A stretch of DNA of 64,000 bases from Podarcis liolepis (lineage: Eukaryota). The stretch lies in assembly GCA_965112155.1 (NCBI GenBank), contig OZ218101.1. The stretch is one strand, 5' to 3'. The translations under genes and the position numbers were made by a program. The notes under the pieces are model-generated. The model saw nothing but the letters and a program-made list of their open reading frames with translations. It had not been told where the DNA came from and ran no database searches. The number at the start of each line of letters is the position of its first letter. The first letter of the stretch is position 1. Below, one piece after another: positions 33,851 to 47,437 of this stretch.

Positions 33851-36493
33851 CCATCTGATAAGAGAATTATGGCTTTCAAAACAGAAGGCCTTTTCACTCA
33901 TGTCTTCTCCTGCAATGTGTAGAGATGGACTGGCATCGCACCCACTGATCTGCACCTTACTGTGAGTTCAGGACCAGTGAGAAAGGCTGCAGACTTCATT
34001 CAATGTGTGTTCTTAATTTAGGTCTCTCAATCGATTTCTAAAGGTTCTGTGATAAAGGCTTTCAAGCACCAAGAGAAACAGGGAAGGAGGGCGGGAGGTG
34101 GGCAAGACCCCTATCCACATCACAAACACTGGATATCAATGCCCCTTATTTTTCACCTGGGAATTCTTTCTAATACTACCATAGTAGTAATTTAGCTCAA
34201 CCCTAGGACAAAATGCTTCTGCACTGCATTGTCCGGTACTGGCTTTTAAGCCACTCTAGACGCATGTAGCAATTTCCCCAGCACTTACACCAATCTTCAG
34301 AGCCATGGTTAGCGTTTCTAAGCAACAAATATCAGGAAAGGGGAAAGGGTAACTTATTTTACAGTTGCCTCTCTAAAAAGCAATGAAAAATGCTGGCGTG
34401 ATCCAAACTATATATTTACTTATAGGAATGCCGTATTGATTTCAATGCAATTTACTCTTAAGTAAGTAGACTTAGGATTACAACCTGAATACTCTGTCCG
34501 TCACGCTAGAAGCAATGTTAAGATGCCTCATGTCCACAAGATGGTGTTGTTATCTCAAGAATGTATTCCAACTGTGTGTGATAGTCAAGGCTACACAGGA
34601 AGCAAAAAGCTCGTGGTCACTGGATAGAATATAGCCAACATACCTAAGGCATTTGTTGCAGTATTGGATAAATACTCCCCCCCCCCCCCCGCCATGAAAC
34701 ATCTTTCTTGTGAACACTGTAAGCATAGTGTTGCAATTAACGTGAAATGTGATCGCCTGCAACACGGCAGGATCTGCCATACCCCCACATATTCTATCAG
34801 TTTATGACAAAACTAAATCAATCTGTGGCACAAAAAGAGGACAAGAGCTCAGTCAGAAATAGAAGTGGCAGTACACAACTGTGTTGTGAGCAGACTCTTC
34901 AGGAGCCTGCACAAATAGCCCAGCTATTTTTGTAACATTAGGTTTTGGCAGGATTGAGAAGCTGCTGGAACAGAAACAACAAATGCATTTTATATATTTG
35001 TTTTAGATATTCTGCCTTCCTTCCACAAGCACTTTCAAAACAGCATACATAGGTTTTAAATGGTAATATTAAAGCACTGAACAGACCCAGACCTATTTAG
35101 CTTCAGCAAGGTTCCTGTATTATGTGCTTTCAGCCTATGCCCTGAGGCTAGAATGATAGCACCAGAAACATAAAATGCAACCAAAGGAACCTCCCAAATA
35201 CTCCCAGACTAAACTCCCGACTAACCTGCCTTTCCTGCCTCTTATTGTAGTCGCTTAAACTAAGGTTGTAGTCCACTAAAAAGGGGTCGCAGGTGGGAAT
35301 ATTTGTTTGCAGGAAGCAGACCAAGTGTTCTCAGACAGTGGCAGCCTGCCAACAGTTCCTAATTTTTAAGTATTCCCTTTCATGCTGCTGCTGGCCTGAG
35401 CAATGCCACTTGGGACTGGCCAGCTTCGAGGCAGTATGAAATACCCAGTTCAGTTTTGGCTTCACTGCTTCCTCAGAAGTGCTAGAGCCCAGGCACTGGT
35501 TACAGCAGTCAGACATCACGCTCAATTTTGTCTACTTAGCCCAAGCACAAAACAAATTCTTGAGGATCATGTGCCACTTCTGAACTAGATCTGCCTTCCT
35601 AGCATTGTGGCAGATTCTTGGGCTATTGATGCTTTAGAAGAACAAAATGTGAACAAAGCTGGTGTTTCACCCAACCTATTTATTGTTCAAATTTTCTGTT
35701 GCCTTATTGAATGGCCGCAGCCAATTACCAGAAAAGGAGCGATATTGGTCCTTGTAGAAGTATAAAAGCAATGGCTATTTTCCCCTCTTTTGCACCCTGA
35801 TTTTCTCATTCTAGGTCTGTTGTTGTCTACTAGTTGGCTTTATTAAGAAAAAAAAATCATTGTCAGCAGAACCCAGGCTTGAGCTCTGCTTACGAAAGGA
35901 CCAATCAGCAGAACTAGCTGAAGCCTTTATGGCTATAGTTCAACTGTAAGGCAATGCTGATACATCATATCAGACAACAGTGAAATAACATGGCACATTC
36001 TCATCACAGCAAAATCTACTAAGTTTCACTTTCAAAACAAAATATTAATCTCACTGGTGGCTCCCATTCCTGAATGAGAAGGACATTAAAAAAATAATAA
36101 TACAGGAACTCCAATATGTTCCTCAATATTACCCTGTCCTCCTTAGTGCAGTGCCCCAGGTCTGAGTTTTGGATCATTTCCAGATAGGTGTAGAATTCAT
36201 TTTGCAGTATTTCTTGAAAATGCCATTTCAAGAAGTCTCAGCATGGGAAGAAAGAGCAAATGGCGAGAGCCCCTTGAACCTGTGGCAACTTTCCCTGTCA
36301 AATCTAGAATGCAGAGCAGTACAAGTGAGAAGTCAGTCATATCGGGGAGGGAATATATATCATACAAGAAAGCAGCTCCCATAATACTGTGGCTTTAGAG
36401 ATGACTGAGGATAAAAATATGGAGACACCATCTTTGCTGGGAGATCAGAAGATGAGCTTGGCAAAAGAAATCTTCTCCATGTTTCATTTCCTT

Positions 36494-36693
36494 NNNNNNN
36501 NNNNNNNNNNNNNNNNNNNNNNNNNNNNNNNNNNNNNNNNNNNNNNNNNNNNNNNNNNNNNNNNNNNNNNNNNNNNNNNNNNNNNNNNNNNNNNNNNNNN
36601 NNNNNNNNNNNNNNNNNNNNNNNNNNNNNNNNNNNNNNNNNNNNNNNNNNNNNNNNNNNNNNNNNNNNNNNNNNNNNNNNNNNNNNNNNNNNN
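36494..36693. other. assembly gap (200 N)
   Basis: Run of N; the round number suggests a placeholder size. Confidence 0.99.
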
Positions 36694-37653
36694 ATGAATC
36701 TAGATAAAAACCAGAAATCTCACCACAAGTACAAGGGTCACAGCAGCTCCTTGTAAGCTGCCAGATGGCACGTGGACCTTCCTTTCTCCATCACCCAAGC
36801 CAACATAATTGCACTAACTGATCTTCCTCAGATCAATAATTCTCTGGTTATACATGTGTGTGCTCAGTACTTCTTTATGGCCAGAGCTGCCATGAATGTG
36901 CTTCCTTTAACTGAGTGACCAGTGGGCAATTTTCTGACCGATCAGCCAAAAACTGCACCAGGCAGCCTTCTAAATTAATTTGGCACATCAGTGGATTATC
37001 AGCTAGTGCAAGTACTTTTAACTACTCAACAAGCAACAAGTTATTAAGAAGGAAATATATAGGTTTTCAATTTTCCCATCCAACACCACCAGTAGACAGA
37101 TAATTAACAACTGTTCCAACTGCTCAAAAAATAAGGTGAACAGATGCCACTTCCAAATGTTGTCTAGACTCTGAACTTTGGAAACTTTTAAAAGAATTGT
37201 CTTTCTACTCAGGTCACTAGGATCAACTCAGGCAACTATTGCTTTCACCCATCATCAGTGACCCAGAATTCATTTACGATTTACTGAAATTAGATTATTT
37301 TGCTTCCTTTCTTATCAACCTCTAGCCTGACCCCTTCTGCTCAAGATATTCCTCTTTGTACTCCTCAGTTCTCTGAATCAAGGCAGATTTTTTATAATGC
37401 ATTTTGTACTCAGATTCTACGGCCTAAGACTGAAACACGTAAGCGGCCACGATTTTCAGGCTCCCCCTGCAACAGGTGTGCAAGCAGGGCTGAGATCTTT
37501 CCCCAGTTGCAACTTGAGTAACAGAACCAGAGTACAAAAACATTGACTACGAAGCAGCCCTAAGTTGTTGCCCCATCAGCCCAGAACCTATCCACCCTGC
37601 CTGGTGATTCTTGCTCAGCCCATTTGGATCAGGAGTGTCAGACATGGCCTCAC

Positions 37654-37797
37654 TGTTTTCTTGGGTTCTTTCTTCCTTTTCTTATCTGAGTTATTCAGGC
37701 TTGGTTGTTCTCTGCTTCTGTATGAAGGGCCTCGGCTCAACTCCCGTTCGCTGTATGGCGGCAGAGTGTCTTCCCCTTCCTCTTGCTGTGGAGGTTG

Positions 37798-37828
<31 letters not shown>

Positions 37829-38344
37829 CCTGGTTTGTAAGTGGATGGTGGCGACCAAGCATAGTATGTCCCTCCTCTCTGGCTGGATTGCGAGCTAAAC
37901 TTTGAAGGTGTCCCGCCATGATCACCACCTTCATCATAGCTTCGCGATTTCCTCTCAAGGGCACTGGTAAGGTAGGAGTGGTCATACTTCTGACTCCCTC
38001 CCGGTGTCCGACACACTAGCCTAGGCAAGTGTTTCTCTTCGTGGGCACGTCTCCTGGGTGGGCTATACGTCCAGCCCCGATCCGAATCTGTCAACGGCTC
38101 ACGGTTTCCTGCCCTGTGCTTGCCATAATACTCATCGGATGAGTTTTCTGGGTGTTGAACTGCACCCCCACGTGCTCCTCTGGATCCTGTCCTCTCAAAG
38201 CGCCGGGGCTCCTGAGGGCCTTCTGTCCGACAGACGTGCTGACTGTAGGACTCGGCGAAGGCTGCAAGTTCATCCATGGAGACAGCCGGTACTCCCATGG
38301 AGAAACTCTTCCTTGAGAGCATTTCTGACTTGCATCTCTGCTGG
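37654..38344 (-). CDS. ILDR2: ILDR2 exon 9 (cytoplasmic tail)
   Basis: 'SEMLSRKSFSMGVPAVSMDELAAFAESY...YYAWSPPSTYK...LPPYSERELSRGPSYR...KKRKKEPKKT'; 691 nt; phase 2-0; donor |GTGAGG. Confidence 0.93.
37795..37827 (-). repeat. (CAG)7(CAA)4 coding polyglutamine tract in ILDR2 exon 9
   Basis: PGQQQQQQQQQQQPPQQ. Confidence 0.95.
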
Positions 38345-38505
38345 CTGAAAGAGACGGGAAATGGTTCGTGTTTTTTGTTTCAAATCAGTAAGCCAGTCTT
38401 GTAACTGGACTTGCCTGCTCGTCTAGGGTGAGCAAGCAATAAACCCCAAGCGAAGCACCTGAATGACATATGCCAACAGCCTAATATCCTTCTGCTTAGC
38501 AAAGG

Positions 38506-38507
<2 letters not shown>

Positions 38508-38539
<32 letters not shown>
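38508..38539. repeat. (CA)n microsatellite
   Basis: Direct reading. Confidence 0.95.
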
Positions 38540-38542
<3 letters not shown>

Positions 38543-39296
38543 TGTGTTCTGTGTAGAATTGCTATCCCACCCTTTCTCCCAAAGGAGCTTAGGGGAACGA
38601 ACAACGGAGTAGTAAAAAGAATACAATTAAAATAAAGTAAAACATATTTAAAACATTTAAGAACAACTAAGAATATTTTAAAGCATGTAAAAACAGTCAT
38701 ATAACCTCACAACAACTAATAATTCCAAGGTTGTTGCGAATAGGATCTTTCACCCGTCAGGTGTTTGGGTGAACAGGCATTTTCAAAAATTCCTCTTCAG
38801 TGTTTATAATGAGGGAGTGGGGAAAGAGAGAGAAACCTCCCCAGGGAGGGCCTTCCCTGGTTTGTTTTAATTTATGCTGGGAGAAGGTTGGGATAGAAAG
38901 AAATTAAATAAAGGAAATTCCACAAATGGGAAACCACTACTAAGAAGGCCCTGCTGTGGGTCAGGACCAAGGAGGCAACATCCAGCGGCGACAGCATCAA
39001 CCAGGGCTCCGCGCTGATTGAAGGACATTTTCAATCACCTTTTATATTAATCTCTTCTCTGGACGTAAACACACCTGGGTCCTTCAGCCTTTATTCACTG
39101 GAATTTTTCTCAAAGCCCTTCACCATCTTTGTCACTTTGGACTCTTACTCTCTTCATTGTCATTCAAGCACCGCCCCCTGCCCCTCCTAAAAAATTTGGA
39201 CCGCAATAATTAGAAAGAAAAAGGAGGGGAATCAGGAGAGCAAAAGGCATTCTCCCTCCCTCCCTTTTCCCCCCTTCTCCCAGGAGCTGCACTCAC

Positions 39297-39507
39297 CTGA
39301 GCCTCAGGCTGCCCCTCTCTGCCCTGTAATCAGAGCATGTCTGTGGCCTAGATGTGCCACCTCCACTGATGACTCCTGCCCAGTATTCTGCATCACCATC
39401 CATGTCTCCTGAAGGGGGAAGCGGCTTCCTGCGCACCTGGCGGTAAGATTGGCGGAAGTTGGCATCTTCCTCATGCAAGGAGGTGAGCTCTGAGATGGTG
39501 TTATTGT
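39297..39507 (-). CDS. ILDR2: ILDR2 exon 8
   Basis: 'NNTISELTSLHEEDANFRQSYRQVRRKPLPP...AEYWAGV'; 211 nt; phase 1-2. Confidence 0.92.
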
Positions 39508-39911
39508 CTAGGATGAAAGAAGGCACAGAAATGCTGGAAACCATGGAGATGATAAAAATAACTCAGAAGACATTGGGAAAAATAGCAATCTAACACTCAT
39601 GGATTGTTGGAGAGCCTTCACATACCGGAACAGAATTAATTCCTCAAGAAACACTAGATGTTGTATAGAATATCTAAATATTGTATAACAGATCCATCCT
39701 TTCTGGATGGATGATTACCTGTAGAATTTTTTCTTTTATGGAAATAAACATTGTGTGTATGTGAGAGAGAGAACTATAAAAATGGTGAGGGGGCTATTGG
39801 GTTGTTGGTTTTATTTTTATTATGTATTTGTGTGGTTTTATATTTTGATTTTATTCTGTGAACCGCCCTGAGACCCCCAGGTATAGGCCTGTAAATAAAT
39901 TCAATAAATAA

Positions 39912-39958
<47 letters not shown>
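39912..39958. repeat. (AAT)n microsatellite
   Basis: Direct reading; tail of a decayed LINE 3' end. Confidence 0.95.
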
Positions 39959-39959
<1 letters not shown>

Positions 39960-40387
39960 TAATAATGGTGGTGGTGGAGTAAGACTTGTCCCTGTTAAAT
40001 CAACCTTATCAGAAATGTGGTTTTAGTTATCGAAAGCAATGCTAAAACTCTTTTTCCTTTACCCTTTTTTAATTAAAAAATATAAACCAATCAAAAAAAC
40101 ACCAAAGCAGTGCACATAAAATAATTATCAATGCTACATAGTTAAAATCTGCAATTTTAAAAAATGAGGATACATGACTAAATTATATTTCATTTCTGGG
40201 TAGGTTTGCTGAAATAAAGGCACTAAAAAGCATCTAAAACAGTATAGCGAGGGCATCTGCCTAATAGGCGGGCAGTTCCAAAGCATAAGTGCTGCCACAG
40301 AACAAGACAGACTACAGAACAAACATTAAATGGCACTTGTAAAAGCACCAATTCAGGAAAACATGAGAAAAAAGTGGGTCGAAAGAA

Positions 40388-40754
40388 GGGAAAGGGAAAG
40401 GACCCCTGGATGGTTAAGTCCAGTCAAAGGCAACTATGGGGTTGTGGAGCCCATCTTGCTTTTCAGGCCAAAGGAACCAGTGTTTGTCCACAGACAGCTT
40501 TCTGGGTCATGTGGCCAGCATGACTAAACTGCAACTGGCACATGGAGGACCGTGACGGGAGCAATGCCGTTTACCTTCCCGCCGCCGCAGTACCTATTTA
40601 TCTACTCGCACTGACGTGCTTTCGAACTGCTAGATTGGCAGAAGCTGGTATAGAGCAATGGGAGCTCACCCTGTCACACGGATTCGAACCGCCGACCTTC
40701 CGATCAGCAAGCCCAAGAGGCTCAGTGGCTTAGACCACAGCGCCACCTGCTCCC
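40388..40754 (-). mobile_element. Sauria SINE, different subfamily
   Basis: Reverse complement has GGTGGCGCTGTGG and GGTTCGAATCC, and shares the core CTAGCAGTTCGAAAGCAC with 58891-59248. Confidence 0.88.
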
Positions 40755-42059
40755 TTACAGATCCAAAGAACCACATGGCTAGCTCTATTTGTCAGTGAGA
40801 GATGTAGTACTGTCTCTCACCATCAACAGTCTTTCATGTAAGAAAGTAAGAAGGTCTTGGAAAAGCATTTCTAACTTGGCGTGAGGATATGCTGCTCAAA
40901 AGGAAAAGGGTACAGGGAATCAACAGTCCACCCAAGTAGATTTTTTTGGATTCTGAATGCAAAGCCAATGTAAACTCTGTATTGCTCATAAAGATTTCCA
41001 TATGCATTTTTTCACAGGTACTCCTCCATAGCAATAAAACATAGGAGAAGCACCCTACTGTGTGTCAGAATTATATGCATTCTGTCTCACTCTTTCTGGA
41101 GTGGGAGATAGACCAGCTCTGTGTGATTAACCAAACTTAGCTTTTTAAAATGACGTGCTCTTTCCCTCCCATCACCCCCATTGCCTAACCCACTGCACAT
41201 AGTGACATCTGGATTCTAGGCATCCCAATCTGGAGAAAACCTTTTTATAGTATTTCTTGTGGGTGGAAATGGCAGCATGTTCAGTGATGACTGCTTCAGT
41301 ACACCATGTAATTTTTTAGTTTTTCCCCCCTCAAAGCTGTGATTAAAGTCATTCCTTGAGTCTGTCAAGTGATTGAGGCAGCTTGTGTATCTCTGACAGC
41401 CAGGACCAAGTGGCACTAATGGGCTGAATCTATTGAATGTGTATGCTAAAAATAGAGGGCAGCATTTTTATCTGTATTTTTTTTAAAAAAACTCTGTATT
41501 AGACGTATCTGAATGGACTTGATGAGTCAGTGACTTGGACCACCTCAGTGTGTAGCAATTTATTTCCTGCCGTCTTTTGCTAGAAATGATGGATGTGTAC
41601 AGACATACACAATGTGGGGGTGAGCCCTATGTGGAAATGCACTCACTGTGTTTTTCTCTCCTGGACTGAACTCAGAAGAAACCATTTCTGTGCCTTTACA
41701 GCAGAAGGCAATGGTTCACAGTGCTGGTTGGTGGAAACTGATGGCATTACTAACTCACATCCCACCCCTTTCCTGAAGAACTTTTTTCAATATTTTAAAA
41801 ACTGTTTCCAATTTTTTAAAAAATGACAGGGAGGGAGATGAATGTGGATGTGGTGCAATTAAGAAAGGTGGATGCCTTGTTGAAGAAACATGTTACTTTG
41901 CATCCTGTTAGTAGCCCAGTCATCACCAAATAGTTTATATCAGTGCGATCACCATTACAGGTTAAGGGGACAGGGGAGTTTGCATTAACATTCCATTCTC
42001 TTTTGAATGCAACAATGTTGGGTTTTACTAGAAATAGCTGAACAAGTTCCATCTCTTAC

Positions 42060-42173
42060 ATCTCTCTCGCATCCTCCTCGATGGGTCAAACTGAGCCAAT
42101 TCTTTCTCGACATAGTACAGCACCTTCATAGAATCTCTCTCTTTGTCAGCCTGGATTCGGTAGCCTTTCCGCA
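42060..42173 (-). CDS. ILDR2: ILDR2 exon 7
   Basis: 'VRKGYRIQADKERDSMKVLYYVEKELAQFDPSRRMRER'; 114 nt. Confidence 0.95.
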
Positions 42174-44363
42174 CTGTTGGAGAAGTAGTAAATAACTGGT
42201 CAGTATGTATTCTGTCCAAAAAATAACTTTCAAGTCCTCCTAAACTAAAAATCAAATCAGGATGCCTAACTAGTTCCTGATTGCAGGGGAGAACAGAATC
42301 TTATGTGTTCGTTAACTCAAAAGCCATAGGGAAATTCACGAACAATTACACACTTCCAAACCCTGAAGATTTCAGTGGAAAAGTCAACGCATTCTTCTCT
42401 GGCACTGAAATAAGTGGACCTTTAAAATATGGAACTATAAAGTGTGGGATCATGCCTAATTTGAATAATAGCACTGAATGCCAGTTCCTCAAACATTGTG
42501 TTTATTGCCTCTTCCCAACAAGACTGTCTATGACGTGGTGCTTCTTCCAATATGAATGTCTCTTTATTATTACAATAAAACTTTATTCATCTTATCCGTT
42601 TATGAAAGTGACTTTTTAACTGCTAGTGACCTTGTTGGAAATTAGAGTGGCATTATACAGTCATCATCTCTTGTAGTCCCAGAGGTTATTTTGGCCTCTG
42701 GATATCTATTTGGGTAGCTTGCATAATTTCTGTAATTGACAGGGAAATTAGTCATCCTTCCCCCCCCCAATTGCAGCTGTGTAGTAGGAAAAATTTATAC
42801 CCTATTTTGTGGAATGTAGATATTAATATCAGAGTGAGTTTAGATCTGTTGACTGATCCCAAACAATTACGGAAGACACTCCTAAAATAAAAAATGAGCT
42901 TAATGGGACTTACTCCCAAGTAAGTGCAACATATTTGCAGCCTTAAAGAAATGTCTAGTGTGGTCAGTAAAGTTCTTGTGAGTCATTCAGTCAGGGTTTG
43001 ATTCCATTAGCTATTCCATATAAATCAGAGATGATTATAGTAACCCATGCAACAGTATTTATAACAATTGCCCATGCCTGGTACCTGAGAAGTGAGAGGG
43101 TGGGAAGGATTTAGCCGTGCTTTATAATGTATGCAACCAATTTAAAGTAGTTTCAGAGAAGCAGACCCAACACCATGTCCAGTAACAATGAAATGAAAAA
43201 TGCAGTGGGTTGTTTGTTTGTTTTTCAAAGTATGTGTCGATTGAGCATCCTAGTTCAGTACAGCCATTTCTGTGCAGTGACATTTAAAGTGCGCACACAA
43301 CTGTGGTCTAACATGTCGGGTTGTTTATGATACTTTTCAGTTCAATATAATTCTGCTTTTGGTCAAATACTGATTTATCACTCCTGAATCTGCTCCAGAT
43401 CTTTTTCTTAATAATGAAAAAATGTTTTAACAGTTCCCCTTAACTCATCCATTCTTATTTTGAGTGGAGGAGAGCAGAAATACACAGATTATTTAAACCC
43501 TTTTTTCCAATGACTTTTCCAATGATCCCTCAAAAGGTCAGTACACTAGTACAAGGGCACAGGAGCTTTATTGCCAGAATTTGATCATCAATTGCTTTTT
43601 CAGGAATGTCATCTCAGTGCAGTGCTGCTATTACCAATTAGATTCTTCCTTCCAAAATGCCACATGCCGTTTCAAGAGCTAGTAGTACAAGCATTTGATC
43701 CTAAAGTATTGCACAGGACTGTTGATAAAGAACACCTGCCATTTTCTTTGGCTGCCTATCACTGATAAGCAAAAAAGGCATGTAGCGCTAGCCTAAGCAT
43801 ATCCCACTACGTTCAATAGAACTTGCTCCTGACTAATATCCATAGGATTGCACAAAGTTTTTCTCTGTCTCTTAATCACAGATCAGTACTGATTCAAGGC
43901 ACGTGTGACATAACCAAAAGCACATGGAAAGATGCACTGGGCATGCTGCCACCACACTGAACACTTGAAATGGGGCATGGCTTTCTTCTAAAAAGTTCCA
44001 GGCAAAATATGTGGTGGGGAAAATAAAAAATACCATGAATTTTTGCTCATGAGTGGTAGAGATGAAACAGAGGTGCAAAAAGGATTTGTGTTTTTACTTT
44101 GCATGATTATGCAAACTCGCACATTTCTTAATTTTGATATACAACTGTCCATCAAAAAACATACAAAGAGGTTTGTACCTTATTTTTCAGGAAAAGTCAC
44201 CCTTTCCTAATCTCGAAACTTTCCCAGTTAGAATGAGGATATCCCTTGGTTTTGTTAATTTAATTCCATGTGAATACACTTGTATACATTTTCCTCCTAT
44301 TCTGCTTCATTTGAGGGCCCTGCTGATATATTCTGACAAAGACCCAGAAAGCATCCAGATTAC

Positions 44364-44543
44364 CACTTTGTCCTCCTGTGCTGGATTCACTTGCTGCCAA
44401 GGGAGGAAGGTGTGACTTCTCCATCAGGACAGCATGAGATGGGACTCCAGCCGCAGAGTGGACAGAGGGAATATAATAAGGCCCAGGGATTGATGTGACG
44501 GTTGAAGGGTATCCAGCCTTCGCAGCCTTTCCTGCTTCATACA
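44364..44543 (-). CDS. ILDR2: ILDR2 exon 6
   Basis: 'YEAGKAAKAGYPSTVTSIPGPYYIPSV...'; 180 nt; AG/GT borders. Confidence 0.92.
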
Positions 44544-45654
44544 CTGGGGAAAAAAGGTAATAATTAAAAACGAAGCATTCATCCTGTAGTGCTTCCCATT
44601 TAACAGTTTGTAACTGCTCTTGATTTTAGCAACAGAAATTGCAGCAGCCCATTGATTCTTCCAAGTTCTTTTAAATGAGATGATACTGAACCCATTTTAA
44701 ACAAACAAGCTCAGCAAGTGTCATCAGAAATGTTTCATGTTTCAGAGATACTATGGTCTATATATCTTCAGCAGCAAAATCAGGTCATAACAAGACTTTA
44801 TATCAGGTATATTTCTGCAAAATAATCAGAGGATTTGTTTATTTAAAAAGGGGATTAATTAAAAATAATTAAACCACCGAGTAAACAAATGCGGAACCTA
44901 AATGAAATTTGAGGGAAATTACCCAGAAGCCTAATTAGCAAAGAGGAGTCATCATGTAAATAGATTCTGTTTAATTTATCTTATAGTCATAGAAGTTCAC
45001 CTTTAATACTACTGGAAGCCTCAAGCATGTACTAAAAGCCTGCAACTAGTTGGCCAATGATTCCAACTTATATCAGAATGGGATTTGGCTTCTCACAGCA
45101 GACACAGATGTGCACTGAGCATTCATGTGACTGATATTCCTTTCCACACAGTCACCCTGATCCAGCAAGATCTGTGTGTGGAAGAAAGCTTCTGTGCATG
45201 CAACCAGATGGATTTAAGATGCACACCTGGCTGCTCATTTACATCTGCATTGCTATGGACATCCAGTCACCATTCAGCTGACTGGTCCATCTCCAGATTT
45301 ATTTAACATATGTTCATTTGGCTTCTGCTGTTGACTGAAGTCACTCACAAACATCAAGGAGACATCAAAATTCATCAGTAATTATGCAGTCACGTTTAAA
45401 AAAAAAACAACCCACCTTTTCAAAGTTAACAGTAAAAACAATGAGTTGATTCCATTGCTGGCTTTTGAAAATCCCCCTATCTACTGTATCTCTCCACATT
45501 ATTTTCCTTCTGTTCAGAGGGTTCACCAGCCCTCATGAGGTGCTTCCCAGAAGGAAAAGGCAGCTGCAGTAGAAGATAAGACTAAAATTGAGTGCCCCAG
45601 TTTGCACAAGTGTATTTGCTTACTACTGATGGAAAGCCACCATTGGATGCAATA

Positions 45655-45835
45655 GACCCAAGGAAGCTGCCTTATACTGAGTCGGACCATTGGTCCATCT
45701 AGTTCAGTATTGTCTACACTAACTGACAGCAGCTCTATAGGATTTAAGAAAGGGTTCTTTCCCAGTCCTGCCTGGGCGTGCCAGAGTTTGAACCTGGGAC
45801 ATTTTGCATGCAAAGCAGATGCTCTACTATAGAGC
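45655..45835 (-). mobile_element. tRNA-head SINE fragment
   Basis: GAACCTGGGAC..TGCATGCAAAGCAGATGCTCTAC is a reversed tRNA head; related decayed copy near 17480-17630. Confidence 0.55.
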
Positions 45836-46334
45836 CCAACCCTATACAGATACATACTCCTCTCATCTAAACCACCTAAAGCCTGAACAAATAGATGGGC
45901 CTTCATGGATTTTTCAAAAGGCTAGCAGGAAGGAATACTGATAATCCTCTTTCCAAGGGGCTGTTCAAAGGGTGTTTTAAAGCCTTATAAGAACTAGCTG
46001 CTCCACTCCACCCAGAGCCCACAAGCTGAACATAGCTGCGGCTGGATTAGAGCCAATCTATTTTGCAGTCACCCCATGGATGATTGACATCCATATGAAA
46101 CTCTGCTCTGTGAAAGGTCAACCAATACACGTTTGGCTTCTCAGTTCCCAAGGCAATTCGTCAGCCTGATTTTAATGAGCAACAATACTTTAGGGCTGAC
46201 AGCTGGATCCTTCAGTTCTGTGAGAAGCACAGGAGGAGAAATATCATTTTAGCAATGAATACGGCAAGGAAGATGGTGTATCTACATGAAAAAGTGCTTC
46301 ACAATTTGGCCCACATTGTGAACAAGTCACTCAC

Positions 46335-46481
46335 GTGCCCGTGGACAGCAGCAGGTATCTGGGCAGCAGGGGCAGCGGACGTAGCAACAGCAGCTATGAG
46401 GACAGCACTGGCACCAGCAGATCCCAACCAGGAGGAAGAAGAGGAAGACCCCCAGGATCACCAAGCCCACAAACACCCACT
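46335..46481 (-). CDS. ILDR2: ILDR2 exon 5 (TM plus Cys-rich juxtamembrane domain)
   Basis: Translates [49 protein letters not shown], the LSR/ILDR signature; 147 nt. Confidence 0.96.
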
Positions 46482-46555
46482 CTAGAAAGAGAGAGATGCA
46501 AATGTGTCAAAATGTTAGGACCGTCAGCCAGTTAAGACTATTTAGATTAATTCAC

Positions 46556-46557
<2 letters not shown>

Positions 46558-46592
<35 letters not shown>
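46558..46592. repeat. (TG)n microsatellite
   Basis: Direct reading. Confidence 0.95.
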
Positions 46593-46594
<2 letters not shown>

Positions 46595-47437
46595 ACAAAA
46601 ACCTTGGAATGAGTATCTTTGGGGAATACTAAAGGACATGTAAATCAATTGAATTTGATAAATGAAAACATCTATTAATGCTTAGAAGGAAAGGCCACCT
46701 TCAATATTTTTCACTCCATACAGGCAACGCCCTATTTATGCACATTCAATAAGTATGCAACCATGCACACACACATCATACAGAAACTGGAAATGACACG
46801 AAAACATCACGAAAACGCCACCAAAAGTGCAGAATGGGGCGGGGGCCCAGCCCCCTCATAAAAAACTGCCTCGGCCCCTAGGAGTCAGCACCTATGCTAT
46901 GATCTATGGATTGCTTCCATTATACCTAATGTTTACCTGGAAACCCAAATAAACCTATAATTATCCAAAGATTGTACTGCCCCAAGAAAAGAAAAGTGCT
47001 TTTGCCCATCTCTCATAGCAAAAGCCAAAAAGCAATGGGTAGGCACAGACAGCAATCTACTAAGTGGTAAATGGTGGTGATTTTAAGAAAATAGCAGCTC
47101 CTCCATATAGCGCTGTACAGTTGTATTGTGTTCCGTTGTATGTGCAAGTTAGAGGATTTTCTCAGTAGTAGCAGTCTCCAGCTACACCAACATAGGGATA
47201 CACACAACAGCTTTATATAAACAACACTGGAGTATCCATCGCAGCAGTAGATTGAATAATACCCTAAATCTATCTTGCCTGTAGGGTTTTTAAAATATCA
47301 ATCCTCAAATACTACCAAACCGCCTATCCATGTATTTCTGGGTAGCTTTAGCTGTGGGACGCTACTGAACAAAAAACTTAATTACTTACCAAAGCTGCTT
47401 CTAGACTGTCACTAATTTGCGGGTAGAATGCAACATA

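Noticed and set aside
36389-36697. 102-aa ORF with X residues
   Set aside because: Artefact of the N gap.
37565-37898. Plus-strand poly-Cys / poly-Ala ORFs
   Set aside because: Antisense shadows of the ILDR2 CAG tract.
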